The notes under the pieces are model-generated. The model did no database searches and was not told where the DNA came from. It was given only the letters and a program-made list of their open reading frames with translations. DNA of 54,054 bases from the IMG/VR virus record IMGVR_UViG_3300030442_000019, one strand, 5' to 3'. Origin of the DNA: a virus. A program made the position numbers and the translations under genes. Positions 41,986-50,882 of this stretch are shown in pieces (position 1 is the stretch's first letter; each line of letters opens with the position of its first letter).

Positions 41986-42720
41986 ATGCTAACGAAAAAT
42001 GAAATGCTGGATAACTTTGCACATAACATCGAAGAAGAGCGGAAAAGCCTTGATTTTACGCAAGTTCTCTTTTCTAAGATGCTGGGTGTGTCCGTGTCCA
42101 CATACAAAAACATCGTTTCACGGAAGACTAATAATCTTGACGTTTTCTTAGCACTAAGGTTGTCGGAACTAACTCATAAATCTATCCCTGATCTCTTAGG
42201 GTATTCTTCTAAGGAATACGAGGTATTGGGAAAGTACAGGCAATTGACTGACAGACAACGTGCGTATATTCTTGGTAAGATGGACTATGAAATCTCTATG
42301 AAAGTGTTGGAAACAGATCCCGAAAACATGTTGGATGTTCTATGCCCCACTGGTGAGATGGCTGACGGTATGATATTGGATTCTTCACACGAAGAACGGA
42401 TATACTGCCCGGAATACATAAAAAAGTACGGTGAGACATTACATTGTGGCATAAAGATAACGAGCAACCACTTGCTCCCTGTATATGTAAAGGGTGATAT
42501 CATCTGCATATCCAAAAGAGTGCCAAGAAACGGTGATACCGTGATTATTATACACAAAGAAACAGGACGTGCGTATATAAGGCGGTATGTGCAGAGAGGT
42601 AAGATAAAGTTAGTCCCGATCAACGGCTTCGGTGATGTCATAGAAGTTGATCCAAATAGTTTTGAAGACATGGAACAATGGGTAAGGTTTGGAGTTGTGA
42701 TTGCGGTATTAAGAAGATAG
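41986..42720 (+). CDS. CI-like repressor (XRE HTH plus S24/LexA-like C-terminal domain)
   Basis: The HTH is LDFTQVLFSKMLGVSVSTYKNIV. The C-terminal part, VKGDIICISK..PRNGDTVIIIH...YIRRY, is S24-like. Confidence 0.7.
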   Translation: MLTKNEMLDNFAHNIEEERKSLDFTQVLFSKMLGVSVSTYKNIVSRKTNNLDVFLALRLSELTHKSIPDLLGYSSKEYEVLGKYRQLTDRQRAYILGKMDYEISMKVLETDPENMLDVLCPTGEMADGMILDSSHEERIYCPEYIKKYGETLHCGIKITSNHLLPVYVKGDIICISKRVPRNGDTVIIIHKETGRAYIRRYVQRGKIKLVPINGFGDVIEVDPNSFEDMEQWVRFGVVIAVLRR

Positions 42721-42746
42721 CATACTATGTATGCGGAGGTACTTAT

Positions 42747-43232
42747 ATGCAGAATAAAAAGGTCTTGGAATTAGATAGCTTTTTCGGGAAACTTGTTGCT
42801 TGTGATGAATATGTAGAAATTATTCCTATGTATGTAACAGATTCTCGAAAACAAGGGAGAAAATTCTATTATCAAAACATTAGCGGTATAACATGCAAGG
42901 AACCAAGTGTTTGGTGGGGACCTGGATATATACAATTTATAATTCCGGGAGAACAGGCTAAGCAAATAAAATGGATGGATAAAGGCTGGAAGAAGACGGT
43001 TAAAAATGATCCAAATTCTTTACTTCTTTCGGTTGTAGGAAAAGATTACAAAAAAAGATATAAAGAATTTATGGATTTTCTAAACAAAAAGATAAGTGAA
43101 AAACCAGAATCTACCGCTGAAATTGTAAATGATCTAAATCAGTTAAAAGCATTGAAAGAACTTCTTGACTGTGGAGCAATCAATAAGCAAGAATTCGAAG
43201 AAAAGAAAAGAAAAATACTTAATAGAATATAA
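42747..43232 (+). CDS. Bacterial PH-like (YokE/DUF4429-like) plus SHOCT domain protein
   Basis: Start refined to MQNKKVLELD. The C-terminus is LNQLKALKELLDCGAINKQEFEEKKRKIL. Confidence 0.55.
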   Translation: MQNKKVLELDSFFGKLVACDEYVEIIPMYVTDSRKQGRKFYYQNISGITCKEPSVWWGPGYIQFIIPGEQAKQIKWMDKGWKKTVKNDPNSLLLSVVGKDYKKRYKEFMDFLNKKISEKPESTAEIVNDLNQLKALKELLDCGAINKQEFEEKKRKILNRI

Positions 43233-43280
43233 TCATAGCATACTATATACTTCTTAAAAAGATAATAAGGAGCTGTTAAA

Positions 43281-44345
43281 ATGCGTCCGAGCCAATACCA
43301 TTACATAAAACGTGCTGTAACAAGAACTGCGTACAACCGAAAAATGCAGAAGAAACGTGCTAAAAAGCGCAAGAAAGAACTCAGAAAGAAAAACAGGCGA
43401 AAAAAGCTCTATACTTTTCAAAAGAATTTAGAGAAATCTTCTGGCCAACATGATTCTCCTGGTTTTAAAATTACATTGCTTGTATTGGCGGAAATTTTAT
43501 TTGGAATATTAACGCTCTTTCAGACGATTAATTTTTTTGCAAACTGGACAAAGTATGTGAAAGAAAATGGTATAATTGGTACTATATTCTTATTCATAAT
43601 AAATATAGCATTTTTTGGCGGGTTAACATATCTATTCTCATATTTGATAAAAAAAGACAAGAAAAAAGACACTGACACTTTGCAATTTGATAATTGTATA
43701 TATCATCTTGCAAAAGAAAAATCTCTAACCGATCGTGCCAATGCTGTTCTTGAACATGAGTGCAAAACTCTTGTCGAAGACTTAAACAAATTGGATGTCG
43801 AAAGAAAAACTGTTTCAGAAAAAGAAATTAAGATAGATAATATAGAGATTCCATCTGAACATATTAACACAAGTGAGAAGCGTGATAATGAACATATAAA
43901 GGATTTTTCTACTGCTTTTGCTTCTCTGTGTGTTGCAAATTGTGAACTGGACAAAGAGCAAAATTATACAGACGATGTCACTGGAGGAAACGTAAAATAT
44001 AACGAAAAACGATTTGATAATCTTACAAACGATTCTGTCATAAGTCAAATAGTATCAGATAAAAAAATCAAAGAAGTTTCTGATAAAATATTGCATGTGT
44101 ATAGCGAAATTGGATTAATGGTTATGATAGATGGTTCATTATGCACGAATCAATATGTTGTTCTAAAATTAAAACCGATGCATGGGACCAGGATAAATGA
44201 CGTAATTTCCATTCAAAGCTCTATCGAAAGCGTAATTGGAATGAAATCACTAATGAATGTCATGTACAAAAAAGGATATATCGGAATTCTGCTTCCAATC
44301 TATCATTTTATAGAAAAAGAAAAAAATCCCACTACTGGCAAGTAA
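43281..44345 (+). CDS. Membrane protein with an FtsK-alpha-like C-terminal domain (superinfection-exclusion candidate)
   Basis: Basic N-terminus and about 3 TM segments. The C-terminus, GLMVMIDGSLCTNQYVVLKLKPMHGTRINDVISIQSSIESVIG...KKGYIGILLP, resembles the FtsK alpha domain. No ATPase motifs are present. Confidence 0.45.
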   Translation: MRPSQYHYIKRAVTRTAYNRKMQKKRAKKRKKELRKKNRRKKLYTFQKNLEKSSGQHDSPGFKITLLVLAEILFGILTLFQTINFFANWTKYVKENGIIGTIFLFIINIAFFGGLTYLFSYLIKKDKKKDTDTLQFDNCIYHLAKEKSLTDRANAVLEHECKTLVEDLNKLDVERKTVSEKEIKIDNIEIPSEHINTSEKRDNEHIKDFSTAFASLCVANCELDKEQNYTDDVTGGNVKYNEKRFDNLTNDSVISQIVSDKKIKEVSDKILHVYSEIGLMVMIDGSLCTNQYVVLKLKPMHGTRINDVISIQSSIESVIGMKSLMNVMYKKGYIGILLPIYHFIEKEKNPTTGK

Positions 44346-44393
44346 TCAGTAGTGGGATCTTTAGTATTGTATGCAAAGTGTAATGTTCTTATA

Positions 44394-45383
44394 TTATTTT
44401 ACAACGCCGGATAAGAGCCAGTAGGTTGTGACAAGTCCTACTTTTCTATCCGGTGTAAGTCCTCTGTTCCTCTGGAATACTTCTACGCACTTTCCGAGAT
44501 AATCCGTCCATCCCTCATTGTAAGACAGCTTCGTAAAGCCATATACGTCTCTGAGGGTACGTCTAAGCCATCTGATAGCCGTGATACAGTTGTGCGTCTG
44601 CCCTGCCCATAAGATATGCGTTTTAGCAAAATTCTGTGAGCCGACACCGAATTTGTCATCAACAGACAGTGCGTTGGTATCAAACCCTTTGTTCATGGCT
44701 TTCTGCCATTCTCCAACACGGGAATTATTGAGATAATACCGACTGTCACCTTTCCAAGATTCATCTACCGGTTTAGGTGCCGGTGCTACAGTCGGTTTCT
44801 GTACAGGCTTTGCAGTACCACCAAGATTCTTATACACATAGTTCACATCCACATAACCTGGAATGCCTGGAATAGAACCCTTTGACGTGTACTGCCACAT
44901 GTCGATTCCGTCTACTCCGGCAGATTTAGAGCCGTAAGATGCAATCCACAGAGAATACCCCCATGTCTGACCGATATAGTTCTTGTACCAAGATGTAGAT
45001 GCATAGATTCCGGCTTTGTAGCCATGTGACACCATTGCGTCACAGAATGCTTTTGCATTGGCTTTTGCAACGCCTTGTGTTCCCGGCTGTTCGCTGTCGA
45101 AATATACAGGCCATGCCGGAGAATGTCCTTTTAGAAGTCTTAATGCGTGGTTAATTTCTCCACGTACCGCACCTGTAGTCTTTGCGTAAGAATACAGATA
45201 TACACCGTAAGGGATGCCAAGACGCTCACATTCAGATACATTTCTCAGCCATTTTTTATCATCCTGTCCGGTCTGATCTTGTCCATATCCGCATCTAAGG
45301 ATAGCACCTACAATGCCGGATGCTTTTACTTTCGCCCAGTCGATGTTCCTGTTATGTTCAGAAACATCGACTATCCTATTCAA
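44394..45383 (-). CDS. Endolysin: GH25 muramidase plus two PG_binding_1-like repeats
   Basis: Motifs VDVSEHNRNIDWAKVKASGI and IDMWQYTS.G.IPGI.GYVDVN. The C-terminal repeats resemble PG-binding repeats. Confidence 0.85.
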   Translation of the reverse strand: MNRIVDVSEHNRNIDWAKVKASGIVGAILRCGYGQDQTGQDDKKWLRNVSECERLGIPYGVYLYSYAKTTGAVRGEINHALRLLKGHSPAWPVYFDSEQPGTQGVAKANAKAFCDAMVSHGYKAGIYASTSWYKNYIGQTWGYSLWIASYGSKSAGVDGIDMWQYTSKGSIPGIPGYVDVNYVYKNLGGTAKPVQKPTVAPAPKPVDESWKGDSRYYLNNSRVGEWQKAMNKGFDTNALSVDDKFGVGSQNFAKTHILWAGQTHNCITAIRWLRRTLRDVYGFTKLSYNEGWTDYLGKCVEVFQRNRGLTPDRKVGLVTTYWLLSGVVK

Positions 45384-45561
45384 TATATCCCTCCTGTTTT
45401 AAGTGTTCTTTCGTTTCCGTAATCTCTGATGCATGATCTTTCACAAACTTTTCTGCATCTGCTTTTTCCATTCCGTAGTGTTCTGCCAATTCGTCTACGG
45501 TGTATCCGTAGGCACAGCTTTTGACTACTTCGCAAATGGTTTCTTCGCTCAATTTTTCCAT
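45376..45561 (-). CDS. 61-aa acidic, non-membrane protein upstream of the endolysin
   Basis: ORF track. It has no TM segment, so it is not a holin. Confidence 0.5.
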   Translation of the reverse strand: MEKLSEETICEVVKSCAYGYTVDELAEHYGMEKADAEKFVKDHASEITETKEHLKQEGYIE

Positions 45562-45596
45562 AATTACTTAATTTCCTTTCTATAAAGATACTATAA

Positions 45597-46013
45597 TTAT
45601 GGAGAAAGTTCAGAAAAATATCGTCCCCGTATTTTTCTGAGTTAAATAAAAATATAACTGATAGGTATGTATACTCATATACTACTTATCTTGATGCCGA
45701 AAAAAGTACAAAAACATCACTGACACTTAAAAGCATCAAGGCGACTGAACATGGAAGAAAATGTATCCTAATGTGCTGTGGTGCTATCAAGGCAACAACT
45801 TTAACAGCAAGGCTGAGCGTATACGTCAACGGTAAGAATAGTTGTTCCGGAATAGCATCATCCGCAAGCTATGTGTCGGTATTCGACAGTAATATTATAA
45901 CCCTTCTGGAGGGCGAAAACGCGATTGAGATAAGACTGTCAGCACAAGCAAATACGACTACAGCATATCTTGGACGCTACCACAAACTCGGCTTCATTGT
46001 CGCAGAATTATAA
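45597..46013 (+). CDS. Silent alternative tail-fibre C-terminal cassette (start-less open frame)
   Basis: The frame is open from 45597 but its first ATG is at 45771. It is in codon phase with the left inverted repeat and lies tail-to-tail with gene 46018-46530. Confidence 0.55.
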   Translation, partial: LWRKFRKISSPYFSELNKNITDRYVYSYTTYLDAEKSTKTSLTLKSIKATEHGRKCILMCCGAIKATTLTARLSVYVNGKNSCSGIASSASYVSVFDSNIITLLEGENAIEIRLSAQANTTTAYLGRYHKLGFIVAEL

Positions 46014-46306
46014 CTAATTATCCGAAATAGAATATTGCATAATTTATTCTAAAACTACCAACACTAGTGTTTTGATTAAGTACTGCGTACCATATGCCTT
46101 TTAAGTAGGAACTACCTTCTACATGTGCTTTTTGAGCCTCTGCATCTCCGTTAGCAAATAATACTACCGTATTTGCATTAGAAGAATTAGTTACGCCGAG
46201 CATTTTATTTATCTCTGAATTAGTAAATACTTGTATAGATGTGATAGCACTTGCGGTTACAACTTTTGATCCAAATTTCATTTTAGCTATATTTTTATTT
46301 AACTCA
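45638..46306. other. Putative invertible DNA segment bounded by 19-bp perfect inverted repeats
   Basis: TGAGTTAAATAAAAATATA at 45638-45656, and its reverse complement at 46288-46306. Confidence 0.6.
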
Positions 46307-46530
46307 CTAGCATATTCCACGATAGTTTTGTTGTTTAGTTCTGCAAATCTCCAAGTAGATGCAATTCTTTTTTTAATGGAATCAAACAGCACTCCTATCT
46401 TCGCTCTGCTTGTTATTGGAGTAGAATCTTCTATGATAATATCATCCGTATCGTTCACTTCTGTGACTTGTGGAAGATCTTTTATGTATTTTCCATATAT
46501 TTTCTGCAATTTTAAATTTTCATTAGCCAT
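46018..46530 (-). CDS. Tail fibre / receptor-binding protein with a switchable C-terminus
   Basis: Last gene of the fibre run. The right inverted repeat encodes SELNKNI at residues 78-84 of the track ORF. Start refined to MANENLK. Confidence 0.65.
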   Translation of the reverse strand: MANENLKLQKIYGKYIKDLPQVTEVNDTDDIIIEDSTPITSRAKIGVLFDSIKKRIASTWRFAELNNKTIVEYASELNKNIAKMKFGSKVVTASAITSIQVFTNSEINKMLGVTNSSNANTVVLFANGDAEAQKAHVEGSSYLKGIWYAVLNQNTSVGSFRINYAIFYFG

Positions 46531-47257
46531 TTGCATCATCCTCCTTTGCTACTGCTAATGTTTGTGTGGCCATGCTTTCAAGTTCTGAAATTCTTCGTTC
46601 AAGTTCATAGATATCGTCTTCTGTAAGTATTTTTTTTAAATTTACTCCATTATGCCAATAAGGTTGTGAAAGGCTTTGAATAACAGTATTTGCATTAATA
46701 TCACCAACTTTTAATTTTACTGAAACGCCAGATTCTTCACTTTCTGTAGTTGCTTCAAACAAATTATAAATTGATCCATTTATTTCCCTTTTTAGGTTTC
46801 CTGTCATATTCCCTCCGGCTGTCGGGACATAAGGTTGTCCGGATCCGGAGAAAACTTCATTTGCCGGAAAATTAACATCTGTTTCTCCGTTTACTTTTCT
46901 TTCACATCCACCGATCGTTACAGTTCTTTCTGCTCCCCATCGTTCTGTAGTGATTCCCTCTGTTCCGTCAAATGCCGTTCCATTAATTTTAATACTATTC
47001 TTCAAACTTGAAGCTTTTATGTTCGATAATTCAATCAAGAGTGCCTCTCTACCATCTGTAGTTCCACTCCCGGTCGCATCTCCTGTTATAGATACCAAAA
47101 ACGGAGTAGCAAGCTTTATGGCTTTTTCTACTATCATTAAAGTTTTCAGCATTCCGATAGTTAGTTGTAAATCTTCGGTTTTGGTGTGAAGCAAGACAGT
47201 ATCGTCATCCGAAAGGCTATCCGCTTTATTTAATTCTTCTATATATACATCTGCCAT
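46523..47257 (-). CDS. Tail fibre protein
   Basis: 244-aa ORF, beta-rich with a C-terminal coiled coil. Confidence 0.6.
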   Translation of the reverse strand: MADVYIEELNKADSLSDDDTVLLHTKTEDLQLTIGMLKTLMIVEKAIKLATPFLVSITGDATGSGTTDGREALLIELSNIKASSLKNSIKINGTAFDGTEGITTERWGAERTVTIGGCERKVNGETDVNFPANEVFSGSGQPYVPTAGGNMTGNLKREINGSIYNLFEATTESEESGVSVKLKVGDINANTVIQSLSQPYWHNGVNLKKILTEDDIYELERRISELESMATQTLAVAKEDDANG

Positions 47258-47261
47258 TTTA

Positions 47262-47681
47262 TCACCTACTTACTATTGCGTCCGACAAATCATCTACCAG
47301 CGCCTCTACTTTTTTCACAAGTTTATCATACTCTGTTTTCTTTACATATATTTCATCACTTTTCTGTGAAGAATATACAGTTGACGTACTGGTCTGTGTA
47401 TCATCGATTCCGACCTTTCCGGCTATGATTTGGTTAGCCTTGTCGATAGCTTCATTCGCTGTCTTTGACGCTTCTCTTGCGTCTTCGATAGCCTGTTGAA
47501 TATTCGCCAAGTCTTGCTCAAAATCTTCTCTTGTAGCCAACGTCTTAAATGTTCCGGCCGAAAAACAGATAAATACTTTTTGGTTTTCTGGCGCTTCGTC
47601 TATAGTAACTGCAAATTCTCCGGGGAGCATCTTGTTTGCATCAAAATCTTTTAATTGCCCCCTACGCATTTGAATTGCCAT
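47262..47681 (-). CDS. Tail fibre N-terminal-type protein (IQMRRG motif)
   Basis: Start refined to MAIQMRRGQLKDFDANKMLPGEFAV. This resembles the N-terminal motif of HylP/Mtd-type fibres. Confidence 0.55.
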   Translation of the reverse strand: MAIQMRRGQLKDFDANKMLPGEFAVTIDEAPENQKVFICFSAGTFKTLATREDFEQDLANIQQAIEDAREASKTANEAIDKANQIIAGKVGIDDTQTSTSTVYSSQKSDEIYVKKTEYDKLVKKVEALVDDLSDAIVSR

Positions 47682-47695
47682 ATATATTCTCCTTT

Positions 47696-48220
47696 CTATC
47701 CAGGAATCCACTGTACAAGCGAAACTCCGGATGGCGGTTGTATTGGTTCCTGTCCTCCACTGCTACCCGAATCTCCACCGGCAGTATAACGTAGTACATA
47801 ATTCCATCCTCTCGAATAATTATAATATCTGCATACCCATATCTCTGTTCCCGTCTGATCCCCGGCTTCTGGATGTCCTCTTGTGGATGATGCTTGCACC
47901 ATCTGACCACCACCGATGTACATTGCAGTGTGATATTTAACATTTAGCAGTACATCCCCTCTTTGCATTCCAGCACCAGTGGCTCTGTTGCAGCTTGCCG
48001 TTACATCCGTGAATCCGCAAGCACGAAAAACATTGTACATATTTCCCGTATAAGTAGCTCCATTTGATTTTACTGGAACTCCGGCTTGCTGCCATGCAGA
48101 TATTACGAGTGATGAGCAATCATAGTCTGGATTCCCCCAACGGTTCGCTTGGCTGTAGCCATGCCTGTTGTCGTTGGCTATTCCGATAGCCCATTGAACC
48201 GCACTTTCTGTTTTTGTCAT
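47696..48220 (-). CDS. NlpC/P60-family cell-wall hydrolase (virion-associated)
   Basis: DYDCSSLV carries the catalytic Cys and a downstream His lies in KYHTAMYIG. The gene sits in the tail module. Confidence 0.75.
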   Translation of the reverse strand: MTKTESAVQWAIGIANDNRHGYSQANRWGNPDYDCSSLVISAWQQAGVPVKSNGATYTGNMYNVFRACGFTDVTASCNRATGAGMQRGDVLLNVKYHTAMYIGGGQMVQASSTRGHPEAGDQTGTEIWVCRYYNYSRGWNYVLRYTAGGDSGSSGGQEPIQPPSGVSLVQWIPG

Positions 48221-48232
48221 ATATCATTCTCC

Positions 48233-50506
48233 TTAAAATATCGTACCGCTTGCTGTTCTTCCAGCGACCAATTTCCCGTTTTTGTAATCTAAGTAACTTC
48301 CGTCTGAGAATACTGCACGTCCAGTTTTTGTTTGTCTTCCTCCGGTTATAAGCTTGTCTGTATTAATGCTAATTGAATTGCCCCATATCGCGGTAGTTCC
48401 ATTATTTTTAAGAATTACAGAAGAATGTCCACTACCGCCATATGCATACATACTCAGTCCTTCTGAACCATCGCTTGCATCTTTTACATAGCTTACTATT
48501 CCGACCAGTGTACCTTTGGCACCATATATTTCAACGAGTCCATTATTTATCCTAATGGCATATTTGTCACTCGGATCATTTGAGTAATATCCGTTTACCC
48601 CTAATGTTCCGACAACTTTTCCACTCGCATTTTCGATAGCGCAATGCCCGTTTGTGTTGTTGTAACCACCAAGCGTCAGAGTTCCAGAATGTATCCAGTC
48701 ACAGTTAATACCTACAGCGGAAAGTACATTAACTACTGCATTGCCATTAGAATCCAACCCGGCGTTCCATGTCTTACCACCATCTGTAGACACTGCAAAT
48801 GCATCACCAACCATTTTCCAGATAATGTTCGAATCTTCCAACCGTTCTTTGTTATGGAGATAAAATATAACTGATTTATCTTCTTTGATTTCTTCGGTCT
48901 TAAAAAATCCCATTCCCTGTGTCATTAAGGCTGTAAGGGACTGAACGGCTTCATCATATTTACTGATTTTTTTTTCGGTAATTTCCGAAGATTTTTGAAT
49001 AGCTTTGGTTTCTGCGCTTACATATTTACTACTGTTTCTCACAGAATTTTCAGCCGAGCATTTAAGTTGAGTAAATCCAAGGAAGTTAAATGTAATGTCT
49101 GTAAGAATCGTCCTGTTCGTCTTTCCGGCACGATCAATCACATAGGCAAGATCCATAAACTCTGCCAAAGGATAAGATAAATGTTCACCAGAAAAATTCA
49201 TAAATGTTAATCCTACAAGCTTTGCCCCCACTGTATTTACGAGAAGATTTTTATCTTTAATAAGTGAATTTTCTATTGACAAAATGTACCCATCAGTGCC
49301 GTAAGTATATGTGTTTTCATTATCCGTTGTTTGCACGCCTGTAATCTTTATGTTTTCAACTCCGGTTGTTAACCCGATCTTCCACTGTGTTAAAAAGTGG
49401 AAATTATCAGCCAGCTCAAATGTTCCATCATCGGCATTGTTTCCACTTGCGTAGTAAGTAGTGGCATCGGAAAGAATATATCCGCTTGCCTCTTCCGTAT
49501 CTACCGAATGAACGCCTAATGTACGTCCGTCTCTAAGCCGGAATCCATCATGTTGCTTTGATATTAAGTGATAAGGATTTCTCTGTTTGCGTTCTACCGA
49601 ACGATACATAATCCCGTAAGAATCATCCGTTAAAAGTTCTAATCCATTGTCAAAATAACCACCGTCCATGTTGGAACCGCTTGTGTACAATTCTTTGTTC
49701 CAGTCAAGATCATCATAAAAAAATTCATTAATATCATCGCCAAAACTTCCACCAGACATATCGGAATATGTCACATACTTTTCCGTGATGACATCTGTCT
49801 CAAATTGACCGCCGTCATAGTTTTGCCTTGGATCATCGAACCACCCACCATCAAGATCGGTCATTCCATCAAAAAGTGTCATGTCGTAATCTGTAATCTG
49901 TAAATGGTTGTCCGCATTCATCCATGCATTTCCGCAAGCGATCATGGCTATTAATCCAACAACCTGTCTGTGAGTAGTGTTTGTCGGTGCTTCTTTTACG
50001 GTTATATCTTCTCCGTTAAAATGCACTGTGTCTAACTGTACTCCGCACGTTCTGCAAGAATCTATCAATATTTCAGACAGTTTGAGGGGATATTTTAAAT
50101 GTGTCGTGTAATCACGATCAAGCTTATATGCATCATCGTAAGCAGAAAAGCTTACGGTATCCCCATAGCTTTCCGGGTCAATTACGGTATAAGTGCCACT
50201 TTTTATAGTCAGATCACCTATATCCGTGCTAATTGACTTATACAATGTTATCTTTGCGCCGAGAAAGCTATGAACTCTATATCTGTCATCTGCGTTGTAC
50301 AGTTTTACTGTAATTTTTCTGGACACAACATTACCGAGTGGCAAGCTTTGTGTACCAGCTCCATCAACAATGTTGTTGCCAGATATTAAAAATTCAGATC
50401 GGCCAAGATTTAGCACTGTGCCATCCAAGAAAGTAACCCTTGCAGATGGATACCAGTCACTACGTCCGTATATAGCTTTCTTATATGCATTGCTAATGTG
50501 TATCAT
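48233..50506 (-). CDS. Tail tip / prophage tail endopeptidase-like protein (Tal)
   Basis: 757 aa, directly after the Dit-position gene. Confidence 0.7.
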   Translation of the reverse strand: MIHISNAYKKAIYGRSDWYPSARVTFLDGTVLNLGRSEFLISGNNIVDGAGTQSLPLGNVVSRKITVKLYNADDRYRVHSFLGAKITLYKSISTDIGDLTIKSGTYTVIDPESYGDTVSFSAYDDAYKLDRDYTTHLKYPLKLSEILIDSCRTCGVQLDTVHFNGEDITVKEAPTNTTHRQVVGLIAMIACGNAWMNADNHLQITDYDMTLFDGMTDLDGGWFDDPRQNYDGGQFETDVITEKYVTYSDMSGGSFGDDINEFFYDDLDWNKELYTSGSNMDGGYFDNGLELLTDDSYGIMYRSVERKQRNPYHLISKQHDGFRLRDGRTLGVHSVDTEEASGYILSDATTYYASGNNADDGTFELADNFHFLTQWKIGLTTGVENIKITGVQTTDNENTYTYGTDGYILSIENSLIKDKNLLVNTVGAKLVGLTFMNFSGEHLSYPLAEFMDLAYVIDRAGKTNRTILTDITFNFLGFTQLKCSAENSVRNSSKYVSAETKAIQKSSEITEKKISKYDEAVQSLTALMTQGMGFFKTEEIKEDKSVIFYLHNKERLEDSNIIWKMVGDAFAVSTDGGKTWNAGLDSNGNAVVNVLSAVGINCDWIHSGTLTLGGYNNTNGHCAIENASGKVVGTLGVNGYYSNDPSDKYAIRINNGLVEIYGAKGTLVGIVSYVKDASDGSEGLSMYAYGGSGHSSVILKNNGTTAIWGNSISINTDKLITGGRQTKTGRAVFSDGSYLDYKNGKLVAGRTASGTIF

Positions 50507-50877
50507 AGTGGATTCACCCCGATTATGTTAAAACTAAGGGATTTGTACTTTTCTTCTCCCTCTTTTAATGTTCCGATATCTACACTTCCTTGTGTGACGT
50601 AAAACGGTGCTTCTCTCCATCTTCCGTAATACACAGAAAAATAATATAGTTGCACCTGCCTTTGATTTACAATCATCTGCAAAAGGCTTGCCATTTCTGA
50701 TATACTTATGTCACTTCCCTCATAAGCGTAAGATTCTACCGTGAACATCGGTTCATTGCACATAACGCCACTCATTAATCGCTCTGTTCCCTCTGTAGAG
50801 GTAGTGGCAAAACTGAATTTGAATGTGTCTGGCTGATGAATAGTCCGACCATTAATCTTAATCACTTGCTGTGCCAT
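50503..50877 (-). CDS. Distal tail protein-like (short)
   Basis: 124 aa, located between the tape measure and Tal genes. Confidence 0.5.
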   Translation of the reverse strand: MAQQVIKINGRTIHQPDTFKFSFATTSTEGTERLMSGVMCNEPMFTVESYAYEGSDISISEMASLLQMIVNQRQVQLYYFSVYYGRWREAPFYVTQGSVDIGTLKEGEEKYKSLSFNIIGVNPL

Positions 50878-50882
50878 TTTAC

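Noticed and set aside
45376-45561. The 61-aa gene upstream of the endolysin was considered as the holin.
   Set aside because: It has no hydrophobic segment. It is acidic and looks soluble.
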